Source: Laetmonice hystrix (Eukaryota). From it: 64,000 nt of DNA. The stretch is from contig OZ249436.1 in NCBI GenBank assembly GCA_965235115.1, forward strand, positions 52,578,001 through 52,642,000. The letters run 5' to 3'. Shown piece by piece: positions 39,543 to 53,642 of this stretch. Under the pieces are notes generated by a model. The model was given only the letters and a program-made list of their open reading frames with translations. It did not search any database and was not told the DNA's origin. Made by a program: the position numbers and the translations under genes. Position 1 is the first letter of the stretch. Each line of letters opens with the position of its first letter.

Positions 39543-40789
39543 GTAAATCGAATATGTCTGCGAGGTGAACTAAAGTCCGTTTCACAGAAGTGATTATAAC
39601 AACCCACCAACAAGTGTGTTACCTTACACAAGTGTTATTTTTCTTCATTACTAGAGTAATGAGTACCGTTAGATGTCAATCCTAGTGCGTGTTTCTGCCA
39701 GTAACACTATCTGCTTTGTACGAACAACATTTCACACCAAGTTCGCAGAACAAGATTTGGCGGCCACAATGATTGCCACCGACATGCTGTCAGCTTTTGC
39801 GCGACTAAACTAAAATATGTTCGATCCAATAGAGCAAAGAACATCTCATCTCGGATCGGTAAGAGAGGGGTGTCCCAGGGCGGTGACGAGAATAATAATT
39901 GTCCAGGATCTGTTCTGCGTGTTGTTACTCAAGATATCTGTGTGCCTTTATGCACGTATATTTAGCGCCAAACGCAGCGCCTTGGGATATATTCAACTAT
40001 AATGCACGGTGGACCTGGTGGGGCCAGGTGTGAATGTGAGTCCGCCAGAATGGAGGTCCGCCGGATCTCGATTCCTTGGTTATGCAGGTCCTAGGTCATC
40101 AGTTTCGTGGTATAACACAATATAATTATGAAAATAAGGTTATAGATTAGGGATGGGATTATGAAGAAATATTTAAATAACACAACGTCACGGACTCCAC
40201 GTCCTAGGAATGCAGGCCCGTCGGAATTATACTTCAGGCATAGCAGGTCCGTCGGACCTGCATTCCAGGGGGACTTGGATTAGTTTCACACCGACATTAT
40301 GGTTTGACATGAATAGACTGAACACTCCTGTGTAGAATAGCGTCAATTCCAAGATCAGAAGGGATGTTACTATTAGATCCTCAGCTTTGGTCGCTGAAAT
40401 AATAGATCTCGGTGAGGCTGTGGCACCCACAGACTGCATCTGTGTTTACAAGCTGGTAGGTCCGCCCGCGGCTGTAGATTTTGGTATATCTCAGGGTATC
40501 CCTTTATATTAGATTATCTGTGAGACCATGTGACACAACAAAATACATTTTATTATAACGTGTCGTGTGCTATTTCTGACCGAAGATCAAATACAACTGG
40601 CGAGTGCATTAATATTATTTCATGTTACTTTGGTTAAGACAGGGGTGATCATGATCATGTCTTACGTTACGACCAGGTCGATCTCATGCCCCTGATGAGA
40701 AGTGTGATTATTAAAAAAAGCGAAAGTCGATTAGGAAAGATACTTTATTACAAAAGTTAAAGATTCATGCCGTGGTCAATTGTACTGTG

Positions 40790-41226
40790 GAAGTAGCCAA
40801 AGTGTCTGGGGGAAACCAACGACCTTACGACGGGTGACTGGCAAACCTGGCAGGGTTTCCGCCAGAAAAAAAATTAGGGTACGGACCAGAGGAGGGGTTA
40901 GCCTAACCCTAACCCTAACTGCTGTTACAGATATGTGAATTAATCAAATAAAGACTGCATATACTGTACAACATTATATTTGATTCCTTCAAGTTCCTCA
41001 AGGCATCATCACTGACATCAGGAGGTTTTTATCACTTCATGAAAAATGGTTACCCAATGATTTTTTGGGTGCGGATCCGTACCCTGGGAAAATTTAGGGT
41101 ACGGAATTTTACCAATTTTACCCTCTGGCGGAAACCCTGCCTGGACAATGCATCCTGTCACACCCGGCTCAAAGAGGATTCGAACCCAGCCCTTTGACCC
41201 TTAGACCCCTGAGCCACCTCGGTCCC
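40790..41226 (-). mobile_element. tRNA-derived SINE interrupted by a MITE
   Basis: Reverse-strand head GGGACCGAGGTGGCTCAGGGG (A-box), B-box GGTTCGAATCC (41176-41186), and body GGAAACCAACGACCTT... similar to 54490-54515. Confidence 0.65.
40851..41139. mobile_element. 289-bp MITE with 16-bp perfect TIRs
   Basis: CAGGGTTTCCGCCAGA ... TCTGGCGGAAACCCTG, flanked on both sides by CCTGG. Subterminal AAAATT(T)AGGGTACGGA motifs. Confidence 0.9.
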
Positions 41227-41236
41227 TCTAACCGAA

Positions 41237-41400
41237 GGGGTGAAGGGTGGCCGAGTGGGTATACTCTCTGGCTAAGGGTGCGGCTAGTACCTCCATACGC
41301 CGATTTAAAGGCTGGGCGGGTAATCTATGTAGTGTTGCACGTAAACTCTTGCCACTTATCGGTAAGAGTAGGGTCCGGTCCCGGTGTGCGGGTTTCTTCT
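41237..41400 (+). mobile_element. tRNA-derived SINE with Nin-like core
   Basis: A-box TGGCCGAGTGG (41248) and core GCACGTAAA...CTTGCCACTTATCGGTAAGAGTAGGG, collinear with 14476-14520. Confidence 0.6.
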
Positions 41401-41462
41401 GTAGCATTTTGTTGCCGTCCTGAAGGTGGCCATGCAAGAGTTGTGGACAGGACGTACCCCGA

Positions 41463-41523
41463 CCACCCCACCACCCCACCACCCCACCACCCCACCACCC
41501 CACCACCCCACCACCCCACCACC
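41463..41523. repeat. (CCACCCCA)n 8-bp repeat; G-quadruplex-prone on the minus strand
   Basis: About 7 units, giving repeated GGGG runs on the reverse strand. Confidence 0.9.
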
Positions 41524-42328
41524 CTCGTACCGCCAGATGGCCGGTATTGGGAGAGGAACTAGAGCCAGTGGGCGTGATGGGAAGTGAGGAAGCAGTTAGT
41601 TTAGGTGTGGAATCACCATATTACGTATAATGGAGACAGGAGTTATATTCTATACAACCATTTGTGCCACTCAGTAATGATGTTTATCCGTCAGCCAGGC
41701 GACCACGTAATACCACCCACAAAGTACTACCACTCATAAAGTAATACTACCAATAAACTAATACCACCCACTCAGATAGACTATATGCAATATGTACGAT
41801 CCAATATGGTCTCACTAATAACACACAGAAAAATGTAGTTGTTGGTATCGGAAAGTCTTAAAATGAAAGCATCAAGCAGAGGTCACAGCCCAAGTTTGAG
41901 ATAATGCCCTTTTCTAAACTTGAAAGCAAAGTTGTCGTTAGAAGTTTCGAACACGATTAAATGTTTGCGTAGATGGGCCTGGATAATCTTATTGTTTGAA
42001 GATGAGTTTATTACATAGTAGCTTTATATTATACTGCGTATGTCCAAAAGTCATGTAGTTCGGAATATAAGATTTTGCGGGTAAATATACTATTACTTCT
42101 AAAACCTGTCTGATTTATATATTTTTAGATTCTCGCACCATGTCTCTACGTTTGAGACAATTACATCCAGATGATTGCAGCCAAAGAGAGACGTTCTGTT
42201 ATCGGTCATAGAGCGACGGCGAACTGATAAAGAACGGTATGTTTGATTTTAATTGCTATTGGCCGACAGCAGTTTAGGGGGTAGAGCCTTTTTTGTATCC
42301 AAACTCCACCGTACTCCAGGATGCACTT

Positions 42329-43383
42329 TGGTAGACGGTTTCGGGCCTACATGATGTTATAGGCCTACATACAACAGTACAAAGTGTCTGGTAGACGGTT
42401 TCGGGCCTGCATGATATTAAAGGCCTACATACAACAGTACAGGCCTACATACAACAGTACAAAGTGTCTGGTAGACGGTCTCAGGCCTGCATGATATTAT
42501 ACATACAACAGTACAAAGTGTCTGGTAGACGGTCTCAGGCCTGCATGACATTATACATACAACAGTACAAAGTGTCTGGTAGACGGTCTCGGGCCTGCAT
42601 GATGTTATAGGCCTACATACAACAGTACAAAGTGTCTGGTAGACGGTCTCGGGCCTGCATGATATTATACATACAACAGTACAAAGTGTCTGGTAGACGG
42701 TCCCGGGCCTGCATGATGTTATAGGCCTACATACAACAGTACAAAGTATCTGGCGGACGGTCTCGGGCCTGCATGATAATATACATACAACAGTACAAAG
42801 TGTCTGGTAGACGGTCTCGGGCCTGCATGATGTTATAGGCCTACATACAACAGTACAAAGTGTCTGGTAGACGGTCTCGGGCCTGCATGATGTTATAGGC
42901 CTACATACAACAGTACAAAGTGTCTGGTAGACGGTCTCGGGCCTGCATGATATTATACATACAACAGTACAAAGTGTCTGGTAGACGGTCTCGGGCCTGC
43001 ATGATATTATACATACAACAGTACAAAGTGTCTGGTAGACGGTCTCGGGCCTGCATGATGTTATAGGCCTACATACAACAGTACAAAGTGTCTGGTAGAC
43101 GGTCTCGGGCCTGCATGATATTATACATACAACAGTACAAAGTGTCTGGTAGACGGTCTCGGGCCTGCATGATATAATTATACATACAACAGTACAAAGT
43201 GTCTGGTAGACGGTCTCGGGCCTGCATGATGTTACAGGCCTACATACAACAGTACAAAGTGTCTGGTAGACGGTCTCGGGCCTGCATGATATTATAGGCC
43301 TACATACAACAGTACGAAGTGTCTGGTAGACGGTCTCGGGCCTGCATGATATTATAGGCCTACATACAACAGTACAAAGTGTC
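42329..43383. repeat. 60/54-bp minisatellite, about 18 copies
   Basis: Unit TGGTAGACGGTCTCGGGCCTGCATGATRTTATA[GGCCTA]CATACAACAGTACAAAGTGTC, where the bracketed 6 bp are present or absent. Confidence 0.98.
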
Positions 43384-46300
43384 GGGTGAAATGATTTGGT
43401 GGTGCAGATCTAACCCCGCGAGTGGCTGGGCGTGCTTCACTTGAAATGGAAATGACCGCCTGATAAGGTTTAGAAAATGATCCACGTCACCATTCGAGCC
43501 AGGCGATGGTATAATGACTCTGAAATCCCAGTTTGGCAGTCTATACTGCGGGTTGTGTTGCATGTGCGTGTTGCATACATGCAGTACTCTAACCCCCACT
43601 TATGCATGGTAGCTTCACCTCATAAAATGCAAGTCTATCCACAGGTGACTGATGTTTTGTCACCACGAGAACCACGGGTCACGATACTTGATCAACTCGA
43701 CGGTTTTACCACTTCGAGTGTTCATGATAAAACTCGCAGAGCTATTGCCGGATTGTGTCTTCATTCGGTTGGGCGTACATCGTTCGACAACCGATTGGGT
43801 CGGGTGTCAGTTCGTCCTTGGTGGCCGATACCAGAGTTCCAGTTTCCGGTCATTTGTGCACGGATCTAACACAGAAATAACGGGAACGAATAGTTTGAAA
43901 GGATTCCGATCATACATAGGCCTATATCGGCACAGGTACACTCGGCTTAGCTCTATGACTCACCTATACCGGGTACATCTATTAACCTAATTAAAATGTC
44001 GACCGCGTCCACTCCTATGGAAAAGGTAATAGATTATGACAAACTACACTCGGATTTTTTTAGTTAACGAATTCTTTCACTGCACCCTCTCGTGCCGACT
44101 CCGTCTTCCAGCCGTAGTTTCTGCACGCACGGTTGTCGCACGATGACTGGAACCCGTTAATTACCACGCGCAGGCGCGATACGCCGCGCGCACTGCGTCC
44201 ATCACCGGTTCTATGTATGGAGATCCGTTTCCAGCCCGGCTATTCTACCAACCACAAAAACCGCCCGTCACTTAAACATTTATCATTGTATAGAAGTAGG
44301 CCTATATCAGGGAATATCGCATGTGTGTATATATATATAGCGGTGTACGGACAACAAATCAGGTCAAAAACGCTGAGTTAAATTTGACACTAAGCCTTTG
44401 AGATATAACAATAGATATCATGAGTTGGTCTCAGTCGGAACTTAAATCGAAATTCCGCACCAAAAGGCTGGCCACGTATCTTACATTATCGTTGATGCAC
44501 TGATGGCGCCACGGAGACGGCGCCAAGTAGAAGATAGTAACTTACTAAGCAAAGGTGTATTTTACACTTTTACATTTATTTTCAGCTTCCTTCCACTACA
44601 GTACCTCTCACACGCTATCTTCTAATTTTCGCTGGCTGGTTCCAATTAATTTCTAATGATCTTTCGGAATCGATGTCTCCATATAAAACTACACCTTGGC
44701 CAGACTATCGGAATATAGTTACGCGCACACATTTAAGCCGCTGGCATGTTAAATTCCATTTTCTCATGAAATATCTCAGGTACTTAAGCGTCCTAAAGAT
44801 CAGATGTCAGGAGATATATATTTTATTGCGACTGAACGTCTGGAGTACATGTCGAGAGATTCATGAATATGGTGTTTTAAATGCTTTCGTAATGTGACAG
44901 TTTAGTGATAACCAACATGCAAGAATGATTTTTTTTTCAAATGATTGAGGCGCATAGACAACCTCACCTGTCCGAATAAAAGTACCTAATTTATGCGTAA
45001 AGCACTGACAGCACAATAGTGTTAAAGTCTCCTTCAAATCTAACACGCTTCGTGTTTATGGCTAGCTCTCAAATGTCGTGCCGAGACAACGTAAGAAATC
45101 TGAATATATGGTAACTCTTCTCGTCTCTCTCGGGGGCTCTTTAATTTCCATGCATTGACGCAGGCCCCGCGGGGGACCAATAGGCAGCGCGCCTTTGAAA
45201 TCAATTACTCTTCAAACAAAACGTTGTTGAAATTTAGATCTGTTTGCACAGATCATGCGTAGCTATAGGAATAAGATATTTTTTCATACGCCGAGTGTCA
45301 GATGAGGAGTGCGCGGGGACCTGACGCCGTTGATGGTGATGGGTGACAATGTGCGACCCCAGCCGAACACATATGCTGCATCAGCTCGTCAGGCCTGGAT
45401 CACCGGCATGCTCTATGGATCTACCATGCAGTGGGAGAGAACATGCTCAATTAGAGGCATCACTCCAATATTCACCCCCCCCCCCAATGCCCCCACCCCA
45501 CCCCACCCGCGCCAACACACATTCAAGCGTACCCCCTCGTTTTGATTAGCACAACACACGTGCTGGTGGTGTAACTGGTGTTTGATGTTTCATGTTTGAG
45601 TGAATGGGAATGGGAGCTGATGCGCTCCACGTAAGTTTCCCATCCTCCGTGGGATTATCGGGTACACATTGTGATCGGTTAGGTCGAAGACCTCCGGTGA
45701 TCAGCCAGAGAAAGGAGCTGCAGGCTTGGCACCGCCACGCAGGTGTTGGGCCACTTTACATCGACAGTCCATTCTCTGATACGCCGAAAACTCCCATGTC
45801 AGCACAATAAATGGCTTCAAACGTGCACACAATATGTAAAGCAGCGCCCTTTACACTATAAACATTATACCGCTCGTGCAATTATCCCGGAAGAGCTGCA
45901 GGTTTAGAGCTTTAGGCAGGGTACTTAGGGCTCCTATTTCTCCATCAGAGTCTGATCGCATCCACACAGATGTAGGAATATCGTAATGGTGGTCTGTAAT
46001 AAAACTAGATCAGAATTGATGACCTCGTCTTGATGTTATGCGAGAGATGGCTTAATGCTGCCTGGTATCAGTTCAGTGGGATGTGTGCACCCTGGATCAT
46101 CCTGCTGTATAGGGTCGATGGGTCGGCTTAGCTGGGTATAACTTAAATAGATGAGGCATATCTTGGTGGAAGAAGTGCTCATAGAATAAGCATCCTCTAT
46201 TGTCCGTGCAAATAACACCCCGCCGAGAGTTAACATAAGGGGTTCCTTCCAATGAGAAATCGCTTCCTCGTTTTGTGATGCGAAAAGAATTCAAATATAG

Positions 46301-47539
46301 AATTTCGGCGCACACTCAGCTTTGCGCTATCGTTAGGACTGCCTGCAGCCCGCTATTTGCTGCGTCACGGCCCGAACGGAGAGCGCCAAACCATTGGCGT
46401 GTGGCAAATACACGTCGTTTTTACTGGCCGACCTTTCTTGCGGGAAACTGTCGAGATGGCCCCGTGATCGATCAATCTGCACTGTTTCCGTAGCTGTCAT
46501 GACACTAACGGCAAATTTCTACCGTCAACAGAGCACACCTTACCGGCCGGCTCTGTACGTTTTGGGCGATTCTCAACTGCGGATACACTGGCAGACATCT
46601 AGAAGCAATTCGCGGGCATTAACGTGTGTCGAGATGGAAAAACAAGGCCATGTCATGCGTTAGAAATCGCATTTTGTTGCAACTATTCAGCAATGGTAAA
46701 TTAAATGTCTACTTGATTATAGTGTTAAATGTGAATGTTCTATCGCTGTCTCTTCGGTCTAACCACTCTTCTGGTATGGCTAATGTAACGTGATGTTTCT
46801 CTTGCCTGGATTTCTGAGTCGAGGTAATAAGACAATAAATTAGCAAATTCATCTCATTTTCACACTACTTGGGGAAAAAGATTTAAGCAGTCTGATTTGC
46901 GAGTGGTCGGCGGACCTTCAGCGTTATTGTCGGCACTAGCCTACATCAATAGACTTTTGGTCTTTTCATGATGTGCGTTAGGATATCAGATTTCACACTG
47001 CATATTGACGAAAGGACGTCCCAGAGATTTCACACCAGACGTACATTATAGGTTTATCAGTGTGTACACAGGGCCATCTGTCTGAGGCGAAGCCACAAAC
47101 GTCTCCTTGCATCTATATTAGAACTTAGCTGTCGGTCTAATACAGTCGGTCCATAATTTCCGTTTGTAGAATTCTTATTTCTACACGTCACAGTAGTGAC
47201 CTAATTAACATTCTTTCTATTCTTACTTATTCGGCAATCATTTGTTCGTTTGATATACTGCTGTTCTCCCCGGGGCTTCGGGTAGAGGAAAAGTTCTGTT
47301 GAAAATTGATGATCAACCTTGCCACTCTTTGTAAGTCTGGGTTCCAGGGGTGGTGTCACCTGTTCTCGGGCTATAGGCCTACTTAGCCCATCAACCAAGG
47401 TAGTGACCTAAAGGCCTATTTTTGACTACAGAAACTCAATGTATCTCAAATGCGCTAGTGCATGCTTGTGCGAGTCGACAGGCGGTGAATTTCATTTAAG
47501 AGTTCTGATTATGAATTCCCTGGAGACCTGAAAATGGAC

Positions 47540-47540
<1 letters not shown>

Positions 47541-47597
<57 letters not shown>

Positions 47598-47622
47598 CTC
47601 TGCCTCTCTGTCTCTGTCTCTA

Positions 47623-47654
<32 letters not shown>

Positions 47655-47690
47655 TCTGTGTCTGTCTCTCTGTCATCTCTCTCTCTCCCT
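47541..47690. repeat. (CT)n microsatellite
   Basis: CT tract with CTGT interruptions. Confidence 0.97.
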
Positions 47691-49405
47691 CCTTTCTCAA
47701 GACGCTTAGGGTGAAGTCCAGGGTGAACCCCAATAACAACTTCGTTCCCTTACTAACCGTCCTTGACGTGAAGTCAAGCCGACCGGTTCTCGTCTACATG
47801 CCGTCACGTCATGATTCCAAGTTGAGCGTCACACGTGTTATCGCCAGACCGTGCCGCACGTTTTGACCTGAGTCTGCCTTGAACATTGACAGTTGATAAA
47901 CGTTACGTCAACCGACACGGCATGCAGTGCATGGACGTTGAGGGTAGCCGGGAGAAGCAAAGCCTCAGGAAGAAGAGATGAACCATTAATATAAACCAGT
48001 AAAAGAAGACATGCGTGAAAAAAAAAGAGATTGGACAAATTGTGAAAAGAAAAGAGAGAAAGAATTAAATCGGCCGAGTAATGGACTTATGGAAGTAGAG
48101 CAAATTGAATACTCTTTTAAGCAAAATAAACTTTATTTCACACCCTAAAAAAGAAGAGATATGAAAATTCTGGAACAACACCACAACTGAACCATGATCA
48201 GCGACCAAACGCTCCGTAAAGAAGATAAATAACGGTCGCTGCAGTATAAAGCGTCGTGCACTGTATACCCTGCACCAACACATCACTCATCAGTAGTCTT
48301 CCAAGTTTTAAAACAAAACCTACGATCTGTCTGAAATCAATGGTACTATACATGGTCGTGCAGCGTGTTAGCAACCATCAGTGAATGACGCAGGTCTCAC
48401 GTGACTTAAATCCCACTGATGTATTATGGGTGTCTATAAATAGGCCAGACACTTCCCTCGTATTAGTCTTAATATAAAATATGAAAAGTCCATATAAAAA
48501 ATTGTGGACCTTTGTATTGGAATAGTGGAGGATATTGGAAAGACAGTCGATTTTCATAGTGTGGACAATGATTAAGCACAAAAATACCTGGCGGTCGGAC
48601 CATGCATACAGACCATTTGAAGCCTTTCAAAATCGCATAGCACCGCGTAGTTATCATCGCCTCACGTGTATTTCTTACAATGGTGTTGTCGAAGTTAATG
48701 TAAGCATCAGGTTGTCTTAACATGGGCATCAGTCATGTCAACCTAAGATCTTGGATGTGCAGTTTATAGTTTATAGAGTAATTACGGAAGCGTAACAGGG
48801 CCACGGTATAGAAAAACTTGTTCACGTACATGGCTTTTCCTTATAATTATCTAATTTTGTCGATAAATTAGACTTACAGTTGTTCCCCATGAGGGTTAAA
48901 GACACAAAGATTGTTTTTAAAGATGTTTAAGTGTGTTAAGCAATGCGAAAGCAAACCTTTGTGCTTCTCGACATGTTTCAATACCTGTTTCAATACGTGT
49001 ATCCGGTGGATGGGTCATCCAGAGATCTTCCATTCCTCATACCACCATCTCTGGGTCATCCAACACGCACTAATTTCACGCTCTCTCTCTCTCTCCTCCT
49101 CCACAAGTAGGGCCTGCCTACGTAATACGATTGGCCCGGAGAAGCCCGGACCGTGACAGGAAGTTCACCTGTGTACGACTGGTTAGCTCAGACGGCTCGT
49201 CCACGCGAAGGATTTGGTTAGGACATACTACAATAGCTTAGGACATACAGTAGGCCTAGCTTAGGTATCTTACTTCTAAGAATTTCGGACCAAAGAAAAG
49301 GATAAATAGATTTTTAAAAGGAAGCAAACAAATACAAAACGCCTTCTTTTGGGAAGTGAACGTCCGTATCCGTGGGCAACTTTTTTCTGTTTTTTTCATT
49401 GCTTG

Positions 49406-49484
49406 GTCAGACCTATATATCTCTACCTATCTTCTCATCCATATCGTCAGACCTATATATCTCTACCTATCTCCTCATCCATAT
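49406..49484. repeat. 40-bp direct duplication
   Basis: GTCAGACCTATATATCTCTACCTATCTYCTCATCCATAT occurs twice in tandem. Confidence 0.9.
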
Positions 49485-50625
49485 ACTCGCATTAAAATGA
49501 ACTGACCATCTGACTGACTGCTTTAGAACCATGACTAATGAGATCAAATAAGCCTTGCACTGCACGCACTAGCGCAAGGGTATCTCGCCCAATCGGAAGT
49601 GTACCTTAAGGGGCAGCGAAGGTCGCGTACCCCCCAACCTCACATATACAATCACATTGTGCTAAAAGAGTCCTTTGCTGCGTGATACACGCTTCGTATG
49701 TGACAGACATGCCATAATTTATTTCTTCTTGTCGAAGGCTTGCCGAGCCATGGCGTATTCAGTGCAGTTCATCTCAAAGCACCCGTCCCGACTCTTTGGT
49801 TCAGACGAGAGGCGGCGTTCCCTCTTTCATATCGTCCCTCCTGTGTGATGTCGTAATAAGTAATAGGCCTGTCGCCATGGTCTAATTGCGTTACTTAATC
49901 TGTCAGTCAAGCCCACCACCACCCCACCACTCACAGCTACGGCCTCGCTGCAATATGTTCAAACCTCTGCAGTGTTTTATTACAGGGTCTCTTAACATAA
50001 GTCTGGTGTCGAGCTATATAAGGTGATGAACATTAAGTGACAAAGGAAGAATATCTCTTACCGAGGCTCCCTCACAAAGGTACACAGTCCTCTTTACACA
50101 TTTAGTCCATGCAAGTGCATGCTAAATAGGTCTATACATTTCCATACCTCTCATCCACCATCATTTTGTATACGTTATGAGTCAAGTCACTCGATATGAT
50201 CTATGGATGTATCTAACACATTAATTACTTCTAAAGGATAATAGATTAAAAAAAGTTGTAATCGCGTTCTGAGGGGCCGACTGTTCATACGGTGTGACTA
50301 AATTCAGTAATTGAGTATTTTTATCGCGTGAAGCGTTAAACTAGAGGTGGGAGAAACGCGTTCGAACAGCTTTAAAGGGCCCGTCCTCTATACCCGCTTC
50401 AGCACAGGTTTAAGTGCGATTGCTCGCATGAAATATATCTAAGTCACCTTGAAATGGGCGATTCCCTGCATGGCTGGCAGGCCGGGTGGCTTTCCCGGGG
50501 CCGTTTTGTCGTGGACATTTAACACGTGCCGAGTTCAGACTGTGGTAAATCCTTGCCGGGAGACTGGATCCCCAGACGGGCCATGAGGGTGGAATATCGG
50601 ACCTGGACGGATTGTCCGGAATTAA

Positions 50626-51151
50626 AGGGAGTCGTAAAATTCATTTTTTCGATTTATGGCAGTCTTAGAAACATATGATTCGCATACCTTGGACTCCCAG
50701 TAACATCATGTGAGACTGTTGTGGCCCAGCGACCAGTATTTAGTAAAGAAAATATGCCAAATCTCTCGCAAATACGTAGCTCAGAATTAGCGAGCGGCCC
50801 ACAGGATATTTGAGTTGGCCGCGGTCGGGCGATGATGACGCGTGATCACGTGACTTCCGGGTGGTGAAGGGAATCTCCCTCTAGTCTAGCATTGACCTAA
50901 ATACTGCATGTACACCCGGAAGTCACGTGATCACGCGTCATCATCGCCCGACCGCGGCCAACTCAAATATCCTGTGAGCCGCTCGCTAATTCTGAGCTAC
51001 GTATTTGCGAGAGATTTGGCATATTTTCCTTACTAAATACTGGTCGCTGGGCCATAACAGTCTCACATGATGTTACTGGGAGTCCAAGGTATGCAAATCA
51101 TAATGTTTCTAAGACTGCCATAAATCGAAAAAATGAATTTTACGACTCCCT
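50626..51151. mobile_element. Kolobok/T2-type MITE, 526 bp, ~238-bp TIRs, TTAA target-site duplication
   Basis: TTAA|AGGGAGTCGTAAAATTC ... GAATTTTACGACTCCCT|TTAA. Arms 50626-50863 and 50913-51151 differ at only a handful of positions and enclose a 49-bp spacer. Confidence 0.93.
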
Positions 51152-52912
51152 TTAACATACCCGTTCCTACCTCACACATTGCAGTTGTACGTCATTCATT
51201 GATAAGGTTGATGAAAGCAGATGAGAAACGTAGAGACGGCTCACCATATAGACAAGGCCACACACGTTGCTAAAATGTTCATCGGTTCGTATAGGGTGAC
51301 ATTTATGTATTCCAGTTCATCTGGCCATTGGATATGTTTGGTGAGGTGGCCTGTCTGGCGCGCGGCCTTATGGATGACCGTCAGTGATAGAGGAGTGGCA
51401 AGGATTTACGTTGTCTGCCTCAACCACGGAGTCAGCCTGGATGTATATATCGATTCCCTCGAGGTTCTTAAAGCTGAGTAAAGATATAGTTGTCTAGGAA
51501 TCCAAAAATAAAGCGGAATTTCTCAAATATGGCTTCAGTGACTGAATACAATCATTTGCATATCTAGTGTGTCTGGTCAGAGTGTGATCGTCTCGCCCTT
51601 GTAAAAACAGTGGCGAGAACGAGCGAGAATCACAGATGGATATATTTAACATGTCTTCAGCTACGAGAAGGATAAGGCCCGTAAAGGAAAAGTTTCTGAA
51701 ACTTATTCAAAGTCACGACCGCTATTGGATTAATATATTATAGCTAAATGAAAATGTCCAAAATATACGTTTGGTCCGTAAGGAATCGTCAAATACAGGC
51801 AGAAATCTCTAATGGTTGTGTGACTTTAAGTGATCTAACTTACCGCCAGGTGACGCTGAAGACATGCTCATCTGATAAAATTCCGAGCATGCACCATTCT
51901 GGTTCCGATACCGCATCGCTTGGAATTGGATTTGGATTTTACGCCTCAGAAACAGCCAGGGTTCTATCGAGGTTTGACTGTGGGAGGAAGCCGGAGGAGG
52001 ACCCGGAGAAGCCCACGGAGCATTCGCTCCCTTTCTATATAGGATATCAGAGTATAACTTTCATTGACTGCATAGGCGTAATATGAAAAAATGGCAATGG
52101 ATAATTCATGTCAAAAAAGTCGATTACTAATGGGAAGGTGATCAGAGGAGAATTAAAATGGTTTGTATCGCGTGGATCGAATCGCTAATCATGAAGAACA
52201 CGAGGTCTCTGCCTCCATTCAGTCGCACGAGGCTCAGCGTGATCACCGACAGCTGGGAGGCTGCATGCCAGGGAATTTCCCATTTTGCCCTGCGGTTTTG
52301 ATTACGACGACATCTGGCAGGTTGCTTTTAAGGATCGAGGGCCAGTCGTATTGAGGAGGGCGTGTTGTGGATTAGTTCGAGGAAATTTTCCTCAAGGGTC
52401 ATATCCAATGGGCTGGTCGGTCGACTGGCGGATGGCGGGAACATTTTGACGTTGCACATGCAGGTTCCTCTGGTTGGTCGCACTGGACAAAAATCGGAAG
52501 AATGCAATACATTCGTATCATTTCAGATACCTCCTTTATATTAGCATGTTCTGTTTAATATGCGGCCAACTGTATCAGTACATTTTCAAAAGTAGATATA
52601 TGAGCGTGTATAGTTGTACATAAATAGGAATAAAACGCCTCAGTAACAGCAGGACTAATATCGAGGTTCTGGTTTTATGGATGGGCGATGGATGTTATAG
52701 GCCCTACTGGGTCGACTGAGCAACAACTATGACGAGGATCCGCTACGGTTCCTCTCGTTACCGCACAATATGCAGTCTGTCAACTTGACTGTAGCAATCC
52801 CATTCAAACTATACAGAGGATTTTTTAGACAGGACTATAACTCCACTGTGCACGGGCATCAGGCGTAACCCAGCTCACTTTCCGAATGTCCGAAAAGAGA
52901 ACATCTGTCCAT

Positions 52913-53076
<164 letters not shown>

Positions 53077-53642
53077 AACTATCTATAGCTAGGGGCCCAG
53101 AAACCAGACCTACTGCAGCGAAGGTTCTCCCAGCGTAGTTTACGGGTGATAGTGAAATTCGAGCAGTGTTCGCCCGAGGCTGCTCTCCGAGCTCTGTCAT
53201 AATGATGTCCAATCAGTCACTACCCCACAACATTAACATATACATGATTGTATATGAATGATGTTAACCCTCGGGAAGTAAGCGTACGGGAAATGTAGGC
53301 CTGTGTATAACAAGTGCTTCGAGAAAAAGAAAACTTCGCTTCTCTTCATGAGGACATTCGAAAGGCATGCCGTTTACAAGGAAAAAGTCTTTATGTAATC
53401 AAAAGTCAGAGGCTGTATGTTATATATCAGGTGGAGACAACAGGGCCCACAAAGTCCTAGACCACGAGTTCCCTCCCACACCCACCCTATATATGACCCC
53501 GCAAAGAAATCCGGGCAGCCTCGCTGTCCCCGAGTAACCCACCCGTAACCAACCCCTGGTTATATGACCCCCTGAACGTGGCCAAAGACGCCAAGACGGA
53601 ATATCCCCAGTGTCCACAGGAAGGTATGGAGGAGTCGGGGCG

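Noticed and set aside
40689..40735. Second hammerhead-like motif CCTGATGAG...CGAAAGTCGATTAGG
   Set aside because: Stem II does not pair beyond one base pair and stem I is only 2 bp.
43477..43990. Two overlapping plus-strand ORFs (130 and 112 aa) after a CCACAG acceptor-like site
   Set aside because: No recognisable domain and no supporting partner exons; they cannot be distinguished from chance.
45601..45630. 30-nt micro-exon ending in GTAAGT
   Set aside because: The acceptor (GAG) is weak and the phase does not link to the other candidate exons.
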